Source of the DNA: Trichodelitschia bisporula
Lineage: Eukaryota
Direction of reading: 5' to 3'
Assembly (NCBI GenBank): GCA_010356995.1
Contig: ML996697.1
Coordinates: forward strand, 791,793-855,792
DNA length: 64,000 nucleotides
The stretch's first letter is position 1, and each line of letters begins with the position of its first letter. Under the pieces are notes generated by a model that was given only the letters and a program-made list of their open reading frames with translations, searched no databases and was not told the origin of the DNA. Positions 35,637-46,704 of this stretch are shown here, in pieces. The position numbers were made by a program, and so were the translations under genes.

Positions 35637-37022
35637 TTACTCAAACTCCCCCTCCAGGCATTTATCAACCCACTCCCGTTCCCTCTCTCCAACCCGGCGC
35701 TCCACCTCACCAACGACCCTAACCTCCTCCGCGAGGCCCTTAACCAACGACCTCACGCCTCTCACCGCACGCTCAACCTCCGACCCCTCAGCCGGATGAT
35801 CAAGCCCCTCAACCGCCCTCCTCAAACCGGCGAGCCGTCTCCCAAGCGCCTCACACTCAGCCCTCCACTCCGGGCCCAGCGGATCCACGAACCCGTCCTG
35901 CCCGCCCTCCCTTCCAGCCCACACGTCTTCCACACTCGTAATCCACTCCCCAAAAACACCCACTAACCCCTCCACCCGCCCCGCCAAGCCCGCAACATCC
36001 CCCAACGCCCCGGCCAAGACCCTTACACTCTCCCCACCCCCACTCCATCCATCCAACGCATCAACATTCCGCCTAACCCGCCCCCCACGCTCCCTCTCCC
36101 CCACCGCCCCCACCAACCCCCCAACCTCCTCAAACCGCCCCTTAACCACCCCCCTCGCACTCTCTTTCCACTCCCTAACCACCCCCTCCGCCCCCCGATG
36201 CAGCACCGCAAGCTGCAAAACCTCCGCCTGCCGCAACACCGTCCCAAGCGCAGGCGTCTCGACGGGACTCACCACCGCCGGCCCGGGGCCCGGGGCGCTA
36301 GCCTTCGGCCCCACACCCGGTTTCCGCGGCGAAAAGTGCTGCTGCAGAGTGCTGAATGCCGGCCGCTTCGGCTCGAGCTTCGAGCTCCCGCTCGGGGGTG
36401 CAAGTACGGACTGCGTGCGCGCATGCCGTGCTGTCGTCGCCGCGCGGCGGAGGGACGGCGCGGCGGAGGACACCGGGGGACCGCTGGATGCCGAGGCCGA
36501 GGAGAGCGCGCTGGCGGGACGGCTGTTCGGTTTGCTGCCTGGTCTGGAGCGCGGTGCGGATGTAGGTGCCTCAGCGATGCTACCCGGCCTAGAGCGCGAT
36601 GCGGGTGCTTCGGCGATGTTTGTGAGGCCTTTACTGGTACCGAGATTGCGTGCGGCGGGACGTGTGGATGTGGGCGCGCGGAGGGATTGCGAGCGTGTGA
36701 GGCGCCCGGTGGGAGGGGCGGGCTTGGTGTCGCTGGTTGCGCGGGGTTTGGTCGGGCTGCCTGGTATGCCCGGCATTATTGTGTTGTTGGAGCTCGGGCC
36801 GAATTGTGCGGTTAGGGACGCGAGGTCGAGGCCTGAGGGGGCGTAGAGGGAGGAGGGGCGGGCGCGGGTTGTGCGAGTTTCGGTATTGGAGTTGGAGGAG
36901 TCAGTGCTTATGTCGGCGCGGATTGAGGAGCTGAGGGTGCCTTTGGGGAGGAGCAGGGACCGGCGGTTGGATTTTGAGGACGAGGATGGGAGGGGGAGGC
37001 GCGTGGGGGAGAGGTCGGGCAT
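35637..37022 (-). CDS. Hypothetical protein: basic Ser/Pro/Arg-rich N-terminus and helical/coiled-coil C-terminus
   Basis: 461-aa intronless ORF with ATG; PAFSTLQQHFSPRK motif followed by amphipathic helices. Confidence 0.75.
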   Translation of the reverse strand: MPDLSPTRLPLPSSSSKSNRRSLLLPKGTLSSSIRADISTDSSNSNTETRTTRARPSSLYAPSGLDLASLTAQFGPSSNNTIMPGIPGSPTKPRATSDTKPAPPTGRLTRSQSLRAPTSTRPAARNLGTSKGLTNIAEAPASRSRPGSIAEAPTSAPRSRPGSKPNSRPASALSSASASSGPPVSSAAPSLRRAATTARHARTQSVLAPPSGSSKLEPKRPAFSTLQQHFSPRKPGVGPKASAPGPGPAVVSPVETPALGTVLRQAEVLQLAVLHRGAEGVVREWKESARGVVKGRFEEVGGLVGAVGERERGGRVRRNVDALDGWSGGGESVRVLAGALGDVAGLAGRVEGLVGVFGEWITSVEDVWAGREGGQDGFVDPLGPEWRAECEALGRRLAGLRRAVEGLDHPAEGSEVERAVRGVRSLVKGLAEEVRVVGEVERRVGEREREWVDKCLEGEFE

Positions 37023-37438
37023 TGTATTGTGTGGTGGTGGTGTTTGTTTGGGGGTCTTGGGTGCGCGATGTGGGCGGTTGCGATTGGTGTTTGCTGGTGG
37101 GGCTGCCGCTAGTTTGCCTGGAATGCACTGGAGGGAGTGGGTAGCGCGCGCTTGAGATCGGGTTGTTCGTGCGTGGAATGCGGTGTGGGTTGGGATGAGT
37201 GCGGATGTGCTTGCAGGAGTTTTTGGGTGCGTGGTTGGAGATCACTGCCGTTGTGATGCTCGTGGAGCACGTGATTGGTGGCGTTCCAGGCAACATATAG
37301 CACGGTTGCACGGCAGACAAGCCAGCAGCAAGTCAAGTCAAGTCATAGCCTTCAATAACATAAAAGCGTCAAGATATAAACCTCTCCCTCGTCACCCCGC
37401 CTTTACGGCCCATCTATCCTCTATACCGTAGCACCACC

Positions 37439-38230
37439 CTACAAACTCCCTCTCCTCTTCGTCGCAACCACCTCCTCCACCGCCGCCTCATCCGTGAACC
37501 AAGTCACCCTCTCCTGCGCCAACCGATTCACAAGCGCCGCCGGCAAGCCCGCATCCTCCTCATCAAAGATCCGGTGCAGCGCGTTCTTCTTCCCGGCCCC
37601 TGTGGCTACGAACCCGATCTTCAGCCCGTGGGTCACGACCGGTAGACTAAGGGTGATACGGCGCGGGGGCGGCTTGGGCGAGTCGGAGATGGGGAGCACC
37701 CATGCTTCGCTTTCGCGCAGCAAAGGTGAGCCGGGGAAGAGGCTGCAGGTGTGCCCGTCGGGCCCGCAGCCGAGGAGAATGAGGTCGAAGATGGGGATCC
37801 GGACGGAGTCGCGCGCGGCGAAGGAGGCTACCAGTGTTTTCTCATACGCATCTGCTAGTTCCTCCAAATCATCGAGCAGCGAGACGTCGATAGGAAACAC
37901 CTTCGGCGCGCCCATCTCTGCCGGTATCTTATCGAGCAGATTCTCCTTCACCAGCCTGTGATTGCTGTCTTCGTGGTCTAGGGGGACGGCCCTCTCATCC
38001 GCGTAGAAGATTTCCCATTTTTCGAAGGAGACGCGGTCGTGTGGGTTTCCTTCTGCTGGGGGGGCGAGGAGGGCGTCTGCGAGGGTGGACGGGAGGGAGC
38101 CGCCGGAGACGGCAACGCGGAAGATGGCGTGGCGCTCGATGGAAGCGTTTTGCGCGGAGAGGATGTAGGCGCGGAGGGAGGTGGCGAGGGAGGAGGGGGT
38201 GGGGAAGGTGTAGAGGTTGGGGGGGGGCAT
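37439..38230 (-). CDS. 6-phosphogluconolactonase (Sol family)
   Basis: VAVSGGSLP, FYADERAVPLDHEDSN, FDLILLGCGPDGHTCSLFP, DSPKPPPRRIT. Confidence 0.96.
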   Translation of the reverse strand: MPPPNLYTFPTPSSLATSLRAYILSAQNASIERHAIFRVAVSGGSLPSTLADALLAPPAEGNPHDRVSFEKWEIFYADERAVPLDHEDSNHRLVKENLLDKIPAEMGAPKVFPIDVSLLDDLEELADAYEKTLVASFAARDSVRIPIFDLILLGCGPDGHTCSLFPGSPLLRESEAWVLPISDSPKPPPRRITLSLPVVTHGLKIGFVATGAGKKNALHRIFDEEDAGLPAALVNRLAQERVTWFTDEAAVEEVVATKRRGSL

Positions 38231-40453
38231 TGTGGTAGGCGATAAGAGGTTGTGTGTGGTGCGGGGCGGGAGGGTTAGAGAGGGATGGAGCGGGGTTGAG
38301 AGGTTGCGAGTGTTGCGTTTGCGAGGTTCTAGTTGCTTGTGTTTGGCGTTTCAAGAGTGGTGGTTGCTATGGAGGTAGAGTTCTCGTACTTGGAACAGTG
38401 CAGAGAGGGGTAAGAGAGGATGGTATGAGAAAGACAAAGTTGGGGGATCGTGGGGTGGCCTCATTATTCTAATGCACAGTGGCTGCCGACCCCGGTAAAT
38501 CTTCCGTTCGCCATTGACGACACCCGGGCTTGCCGCACGTAACGACGTCCTTCCCATCCAAGATCTAATGCTTACTTGAACAGCTCAACGTTGAATAAAA
38601 ACCCACGATCTGCGGTATAGGGTGAGGATCGTTGATCTACGTGAAGATAAGGCTATTGCCACTGCAGCTTTAGCAAGATCTTGACTGTCCATCTATTGCT
38701 GTTTTTGTATTGCCCTTTGTGTACCGTAGCTGATTCAGTGTATGGGCTGAGGGCGGGTAACTTATGACGTATTGGAGCGTTATCTGGCCGAGTGCCGGGG
38801 AATTGTATCTCCGATGTCGCTGAAGGAGATTTGAGCGGGAGACGACCATGATAACTTCATCTTCGCTGGATTGACATAAGACCTTGATTTTGTTTACAAC
38901 TGTATGACCCTTCGAGCCTGGTGTCTATCCGTACAGTTGGCCAGTGGATCGGTCTGTCATAGATTGGCGGCACTTTTGGCGGTCAGTGGAGGTTAGGTGC
39001 CCCAACAGTCAGTCTTCGATGCATTACATCTCCATCGCCGTTATCACCAGCCTCTAATGCTTTGCAGGCAGATAATAGCAGTTACTGTTCATTCAGTCCT
39101 ATCCATGTGGAACGTGTCTTTGTGATTTGCTTTCTGTGATCATCTACGGCTCGCCAGTGCACGATTCCAGGCATGGTTCCGTATCTTGGATAGAGGCTCA
39201 TTCCATCCGATCCTAGGCTGGCCATGAACCCGCACTTCAGACATCACCAACAACAGCCACACCGCCTCACAACTTCCAAACCCTCGACTGCACAGCCGTG
39301 AATAGCAGAACGGACCTGGATTAACCTTAGGCCGGCCCTCAATCACTTCCCCCAGAGTGGGAATTTACTCCTCAGGATAAACTTTCGGTCGGCCCTGAAT
39401 CACTTCCCCCCAGAGAGCGAATTTACTCCTTACTCCAAATCCACAACTCTCCGTCTCCATCATCATTACCACTCAAATCCACGGAGCCATTCCTCCTAGT
39501 CATCCCCCACCCCATCACCAATTCCTGCACCATTCAAATCATCACTTCATTACAACTCTCATATACAGTGTCCGGACCCGACACAGTATATACCTTGGAG
39601 CAAGGCCGCCAGATCAAAAAGATAGAGGAAGCCATGATCGCGCTTGACTGCCATTTCGAAACCACCCCCTCAGCAGAGGTCTGCGCGCCTTGCTCATAGA
39701 CGGGAGGGACTGAGGCGATGTATGTCCAGAAGAATCCTAACGGGTTCTATGAGCAGCCAAGTGCAGGAGATTTCGCCTTCCATATAAGCTACTGGCGTTG
39801 TGGTCGCCTGCATTTTTTGTGAGTAAAACAGAGGCGCTCAGTCTAGACCTGCGGACTCCGTATGTCATAATTTCGTATATATGGTCACCCTGAGGTGCAA
39901 TCTAGTTTATGGACTTTGAAGAGGACGACTCTAAAGCTACCGCCGTTCCGTACCTTTTTCAGTGATTTCCAAGGCGCCGATTTCACCTCATATGGAACCC
40001 TTCCATCCTTTCTTTGAACCAGGATCGCCTATTTCTCTTCGAGCGTGGTGACCGCATCAGCACCTTTCGTTAGGTCACAGTGTCACCGTCACTACAAGCA
40101 GGAATGGTTGTTAACATCATATCAACAGATACTATATTCGTCTGAAGGCATATACTGAGGGTATATACCGCCTGAAGGCGGCGGCCTCCTTTCTCAACGA
40201 GTTCATATACAACAACGACATAATCGCCGACATAATCACCAGTCACCCGGCGGCAGCGGACTCCAAGTCTCGGCAGTTCACTGCCGCCCCCCTACCAACA
40301 AATACGCACAATCACCCACCACATCCCGCCCACCACAACTACACCACCACAAAATCTCCACAACTCCACCACACCCACCCAACATTCTCAGCTGTGGCTG
40401 CCCCCGCTCCCGCTCCTCCACCCCCCCACAACTCCTACCTAAAATTCTCAGCT

Positions 40454-41095
40454 ATGGCTGCCCCCTCCGCCCCCGCCCCCAAACCCCCCCTCCTCACGCG
40501 CCTCACAACCCCCCTCCACCGCGCCTGGACCTCCCTCAAAACCCGCCTCACGCCCCGCCCCGCCACACCCCCCCCAACCGGCACACGCATCCTCAAGAAG
40601 CACCCCGCGGGCGGCGGCACCTTCGACCCAGGCTTCTCGCCCCGCGGCTTCCCCACCCGGCACTCCCTCGACCGCCCCGCGTCGTTCGGGTCGCTGGATA
40701 GGGACTTCGTGGTGCCAGCCAGCATGGGCGTCGGGTTCCCTTCGCCGGAGGAGCCTGATGCGGAGGACTTCGAGCGGCGCGTGGGGCGCGTCTCATACCA
40801 CCAGCCGCCTCACACGTCGCATCGCACGCCGCATGATCAGTCGTTTGGTCATTCGCTGCGCAACCGCCCGACCACACCGCCGCACCAACGCGCCCGCTCC
40901 CCCCCGCGCCGCGAGGAGTCCTCCCCCGGCCACGATCTCATCATGGGGGACGACGACTACGAGTATGACTTCCAGCACGATCCGAGCCTGCCGAATCCCT
41001 TTGCGCCGCAGCATATGCACGGCGTTCAAGAAGAAGAAGACGAGGAGGACGACGACGCCGACGAGCTTTCGCTGCGGGACTTTGTTATCGGCTAG
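40454..41095 (+). CDS. Hypothetical disordered protein with acidic C-terminus
   Basis: ATG at 40454 after a C/A-rich leader typical of genes here; coding-like third-position bias; no recognised domain. Confidence 0.55.
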   Translation: MAAPSAPAPKPPLLTRLTTPLHRAWTSLKTRLTPRPATPPPTGTRILKKHPAGGGTFDPGFSPRGFPTRHSLDRPASFGSLDRDFVVPASMGVGFPSPEEPDAEDFERRVGRVSYHQPPHTSHRTPHDQSFGHSLRNRPTTPPHQRARSPPRREESSPGHDLIMGDDDYEYDFQHDPSLPNPFAPQHMHGVQEEEDEEDDDADELSLRDFVIG

Positions 41096-41511
41096 GTGCC
41101 GCGTTCGGTAGCTGATTTGCCTTGAGACTGATGGCGGCGTTGCGGTGGATGGGCTGATCTACGGGCGACGCGAGAGGGTGATGGATTTACATATGGGGCG
41201 TTTGTACGGTACTGGCTGATTGCTGGGTGGGGGACTTCTGCGTGCTAGGGTATATGGTCGTGTTGGCTATGTGCTTCTCGGAGCGTACGGTGGAGGGTCC
41301 TTGTATCCTAGTGTGTCTGCGCGGTTCGGGCGCTGGTAAATAGCGCTGAATTGATGCTTCTATTGTTATGGCTGCTTCCTTCGTGCAACCCCTCTAGAGC
41401 TACATCCCTACTCCAACAACCAGCAAAAGGGGATCCAGCTGCCCATGAGCGATTCCACGCCTGTAAGCTATGCCAGGCGCTGGAGACGTCTTCGAGGTCC
41501 GCAAAAAAAGA

Positions 41512-41599
41512 AGCCCGAGGCGAGGCTCGAACTCGCGACCTTGAGGTTTCGATCCATAGGGATAAGAGCCACACGCTCTACCGATTGAGCTACCCGGGC
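41512..41599 (-). tRNA. tRNA-Lys (CTT) with 15-nt intron
   Basis: GCCCGGG acceptor stem, D arm GCTC..GAGC, anticodon loop CT-CTT-A, intron TCCCTATGGATCGAA, T arm GCGAG-TTCGAGC-CTCGC, downstream T-run. One T.T mismatch in the anticodon stem. Confidence 0.93.
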
Positions 41600-42264
41600 C
41601 TTGATGCCGTGGCATTTTAAACATTAAATATATGACCACATGCTGTTATTGACGGGGGAGCGTCGGGGCCGAATGACATGCAGCCAAGATGACGCTTCGC
41701 TTCGCGCTCTCGTAGCTTTTTTGACTAAGGCTTGATTTGACGACGGTGAGAGGGCTCCGGTGGGTGCGCGCTGGGTGGCTGCCAAGGTCTTTGTACCAGT
41801 TGAGAAAATGAAGAATCATCCGCTGCATGACGACCGATGCTGCCCGTCTTCTGGAGCCGGCTCGAAAAGCCTAGCTCGCGAGGTACGCAGGTCTTCGGCA
41901 TTCATGCTAACGTCAATGTCAGCCTCCAGTGTCAGTCACCGAGACGGCGCAGAGACACCCATGTCGTGCGGTTCCACAAGCTACGATCGAAACTTGGATC
42001 TAATGCTTCCATCCGCGTCGAAACATGCACGGAAGCCGGCATGCGCGCATTTGCTGGACCGGGCTCCAGGAATGGCAGGCAAGTCGCGGGTATCTACACA
42101 TATCTCGCACCGTCGATACTTAAGCCGGCGGCCATTCCGCGAGCCTCGTTTAGATACCGATCGAACTGTTCTTCCTTTGCCTTTTGGATCTAATATCGAG
42201 TGTTGGGGTTTGACACTTCGCCTTCTCTGCCTTCTCTCTCTGTCCCCGCCTTAACGCATCAACC

Positions 42265-42716
42265 ATGGGACAACTCATCTCCCGCGCAGTCACGGCTGTC
42301 ATCGACACGGTCAAAGACACCGCCAGGCGCGCCTGCGATTTCATATTCTCCCTCTTCAGTGTTGATGTAAGTCCACCCTATCCCACTCCACCCCGCTAAC
42401 CCCGCCAGCCGTCCAACCCAGCTCGGATCCTCATCCGAGGCGTCATGCGCCTGGTACCTACCCCATCCCTCCAAGTACAAGCTACTCTGACCGTTAGACC
42501 CGCGAAATCAGGCAGTTCAAACAAGATCACCCGTGGCTGGTCTCCTGCGTCGAAATGACGGCCACCGGGCTCGCGCTCGTACTGACATCCGGATCCGGGT
42601 CCATGGTAACGCTCGTGGGTTTGGCGTTGAGGATGCTCGTCCCCATTGTGTGGAAGTACTTCAACTCCGAGGAAGAGGCGTGCACGCCGGAAGGCGAGAA
42701 GTGGCATATGGATTGA
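42265..42716 (+). CDS. Small 3-exon membrane protein (~121 aa) with N-myristoylation-type start
   Basis: Manual model with phase-0 introns 42367-42408 and 42454-42497 (canonical signals) gives MGQLIS..FKQDHPWLVSCVEMTATGLALVLTSGSGSMVTLVGLALRMLVPIVW..MD*. Confidence 0.6.
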
Positions 42717-43419
42717 GTGAGGTTGGACGAGAATTGAGTATACAGGGAATCAAGGGCCATCCAAAAGTCATCGCTGAAATTCCTGACCTTTTCGTGCACT
42801 GGGCAGCCACAACTTTCCCAACTGGCCTGTCCCACTTGGGAAGGCTGAGCGCCAAGCCACGCGGGGCACCATCCGGCGGGGTCAGGCTGTGTGGCACAGC
42901 ATCTTCGCTCCATCCCATCGATAGCAGAGCTTAATCCTGACCTGAGAAATCAATTCGTCTTCTCGTCCAATCATTTTGACCTCGCCGCAGATGTCGTTCC
43001 CCGATTTCCTGAAGCACCGGCCTCGCCGCTGAACGCTACCAGCCGGTCTATCGCCATCCCTTCGGCCTTGAGGCCGGCGCTTACGGCCAGCCCGCTTTTA
43101 TGCGCGCCCTAGCACACGTATCTGTGGCCTTGCCTATACGCCAGTGTGGATTGTAATGGCGGAGGGGATTCGTTGCAGCCGTGGGGTTTGGGGTGCGGAG
43201 AGCCACTCGGGTGATGAGAATGATCAGCGAAGGGAGGATAGGTCAATGTTTATGCATCCCGCCCTTCGCAGATATACTGCATCCCACTAATGCTGCGCCG
43301 TATGGGTGGGGCTGACTTGCTCCCGGAGTATCGTGCCCTGCATGTGTGGGGCCGGAGGGGCTGTGCGGAAGTCATTGCGAAGCATTGGGCGCGGGCAAAG
43401 GTGAGGAGCGGCGGGGAAT

Positions 43420-43971
43420 TTATGGACGGAGTGGAGGGGCCTTTGGTTAATTCCGAAGCTCGAAGCTCGAGATCGAAGGGTTGTTATCTGAATTCTTTTC
43501 TCCGGTGGATTCAGCTCTTGTCGTCGTGGACTCGGCGCTGGTTTCTAACTTGAACCTGACCTCTCGACTCTGAACTTCACCTCCCATTCTGCAATCATAC
43601 CAGCCCATCTCGCCAACGTCAACCTCGCCTCTGTGCTCAACCGGATCCCTGCCTCCTTGCTACAACAGAGACCCCAGGGTCCGGGCTGGGGGGCGTTATA
43701 GTCGGTGCGTACCCTCCCTCCCTCCCTAACGTGAGAGCTGACGATGTCACTATCACCCCCAGGCTCCTGGGCTGCGAGCATCCAGAGCGGCATGCCACAT
43801 GTACCGGTAGGATCGCTGTTCTCAATATGTCAGAGCCTAGCTATGCGGGGATTCGGATGGCTCAACTTCCTCGTAGCTCCGGTCGTTGCTGCCATCGTGC
43901 CTGCGGTAAAGTCTTTTGGTAGAGCGGCGTATGAACTAATCGCTCAGGCTGGGAATGGGACGATGACCTGA
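43420..43971 (+). pseudogene. Decayed paralog of the downstream IFI27/ISG12-like gene
   Basis: GLGGVIVG|SWAASIQSGMPHVPVGSLFSICQSLAMRG, with intron 43705-43762 at the same phase-1 position as in the paralog. Upstream NLT-like remnants lie in a different frame. Confidence 0.65.
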
Positions 43972-44329
43972 GATGCAGGTTATCTGGAGCGGATAGTATG
44001 GCGAGGGTGGGGAGGATAGAACAGTAATGCAGTTTGCCGTCCAAGCGATATCCGTGCCGCAGTACTGTCGTGTATCACAGTAGACCAGGTTGATTCGCCA
44101 CGGGCGCGTATGGACGTATCGACCCCGCGCCTTGCGGGGGTGAGAGTGGCGCTGTGAAAGTCGCTGCGCTGCGTTGGCTGTGGACTGTGGCGGTAAGCGG
44201 CAAGAATTTACTTTTGTTTGCTGGCTTGGACTGGCGTTTGCGTGAAGCTCAGAGCGAAAAATGGAAGGCTTGTGTTCTACACTCTCACGAATCTCTCCTG
44301 CGGCTTCATTTTCAGTTGACGGAGCCAAA

Positions 44330-45399
44330 ATGAATCTCACCGCCCTCCTCGCGGGGTTGAACTTAACCGCCCTCTCGACGCTGAATATGACCTCCCTTCC
44401 GGCAATGCACTCAACCCAACTCTCCGAAATGAACATCACCTCCCTGGTTGACGGGGTGAACCTTACCTCCATCGGCGAGGGAATGAACTTGACATCCCTC
44501 ATTGACGGAATGAACCTGACCTCCCTTCCTGAAATCAACTCCACCGAGCTCTCCGAAACGGACCTTGCCTCCCTCGTTGACGGACTCAACCTCATATCCC
44601 TCGCCGACGCAGTGAACCTGACCTCCCTCATTGACGAAACGAAACTCATCTCCTCCTCCAATGGAATCAACCTTACCTCCATCCTCGACGGCCTAAACCT
44701 AACCACCCTCTCAACCCTAAACCTCACCTCCCTCCTCGACCCCCTCCTCGAAACAAACCCCACCCTACACACAGCCCTCAACACCACCCTCACCTACATC
44801 GCCACCCACCCAGCCGACGTGACCTTCATCATCCTCAGCATCGCCTTCCCACCCACGACCTGGCTCCGAGTCTTCGGCTTCGGCGCCCGGGGCGTGCGAG
44901 CCGGTAACCTTACATACCACCCTTACCCTATCTTGCCAGGCTAACTCCCCCAGGCTCCATCGCCGCAGCCATCCACCGCACAATCGGAAATGTAGCCGCA
45001 GGATCGCCGTTCGCAATCGGCCAGAGCGTAGGTGCGCGAGGCAGGACGGGGAATCTATTAATCGACGTCCCTCTGGCTGTGATTGTGCCTGTGGTCGGGA
45101 TGTTGGCGTCTGAGGGGGGTGTGGAGAGGGTTAAGGGGCTAATCGATCAGACTGGGGATGGGGTCAATGCGTTGATCCGCCAGGCTGCAGATGAAAAAGC
45201 TGCGAAGGGCCTCTTGGGGGGGTTTAAGGGCCTGGTCGGTCAGGCTGGGAAAGAGATACCTGGGTTGATGGCCCAGGCTGGGGATGGGGTAAATGGGCTG
45301 GTGGCCAAAGCTGGGGAGGGGTTAAAGGGGCCGGTCGCCCAGGCTGGAGATTGGTTCAACGGGCTGTTCGCTGAGGCTAAGAATGAGGAATCGAGCTGA
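44330..45399 (+). CDS. IFI27/ISG12 (Ifi-6-16)-like membrane protein with N-terminal NxT repeats and C-terminal 11-mer repeats
   Basis: Splicing out 44904-44953 gives FGFGARGVRAGSIAAAIHRTIGNVAAGSPFAIGQSVGARG. Alternative in-frame ATG at 44261. Confidence 0.8.
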
Positions 45400-46704
45400 G
45401 CGTGCAGGTTGGCTTTCGAGCTGAACGGTAGATGGAAGGTGTATTGAGGATGAATTCATGGGGTGGACTTGCTTGCACGGCAGCAAGTCATGACGTGGAC
45501 GACAGCGGAATCTAGCGTGCTTGTTTCTTAGCTTCGCTTCTGTCCGACTAATAGTAGCCGTGTGTATGTACAAGGTGTGATGCAAGCTTGCCTCCGCGAA
45601 GGGGTACGGTCGGAAGGTTGAATTCCGACCGGCGTGGCTAGGTGCCTGCGGTATGCCTGCCCGTTCTCCCTCAGCGACACCACTCTCCCCCCCAAGTCCT
45701 CCCGTACGCAAATCGCCAGCTTCTAGGATGCCAATGGCCGGTGATGGTATGGTTAGAACCGATGCTCGCGGTAGATGGGAAGAGGTGATATAGTGATCCG
45801 GTGTCCATGGATTGGTAAGCCTATTCACTGATCCATGTGTCCTCCAGACTGGACCAGTCGTTGAAGGTGCCTCCGCGGAGAAAGGCGTGATGGCGTGTTG
45901 CAGAGTCGCCACCGTCTCCACTGTCCCCAGAAAGATCTTGATATGATCGCCGATATCGGTCCCATACACAGCGCTTCGCCATCGTCCCCGTACCGTTTTC
46001 AGCTGTCAACGGGACAAGATCTCAGAGACGTGGAGCTCTCCTACCTGCATCCAGGTGACCATCGATGCTTCAAACCGGCATGAAGATGCGAGATAACCAA
46101 CCGGATCATCTTCCAGTTCCTGCACCCATGCAGCATGGCGGATCCGGTGACGACGTCCAGCGATGTGACCTCAGGAACCGGCTGCAACATCGTATACGAA
46201 AGCAAGCCTCCATGCGAGAAATCCAAGTTATCGAAAGCCAAGACGTGTGATGCGATGCGCGGGTCTCTCTCATGGAACGCGGTGCTGGCGGTCTGGTTGG
46301 TTGGCCCGGACGTGGCGATGGCGAGCAAGCTAGTAAGGACCAGCGGTGAAGACAAATTTCAGCGAGGAATTGTAATTGTTCGTAGTAGGCCTTAGAAACG
46401 GCTGAGGATGAGGTTGCAATAGAGGTGGAACGATGGAATGTGTCGCAGTGCTTGGTATCGCAGAGTTACTGTTGATATGCTCGCCGGATGATGTTCTAAA
46501 TTCGCTACTACGTGTATCAGTGGCCCCTGTCGGTAACGGCATGGAAAAACACACATCTCACAGTTGGTATCAATGATCTGAAAAATTAGTCGTTGCAAGG
46601 ACGATACCCGGGCCGGGCTCAAGCAGGATATGCGTACTCAACAAGATGCCATTGATCTCCATCCAGGCCGTCCATTTTGACAGGCCCCCATCCCAAAAGG
46701 GTGA

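Noticed and set aside
37439..37460. C-terminal RRGSL of the lactonase as a peroxisomal signal
   Set aside because: GSL is not a canonical PTS1 and no readthrough context was seen at the stop.
39330..39432. Imperfect ~45-bp direct repeat
   Set aside because: Only two copies, with no terminal repeats or transposase nearby.
45450..46400. Minus-strand ORF fragments
   Set aside because: Might be a gene remnant, but no family or exon structure could be assigned.
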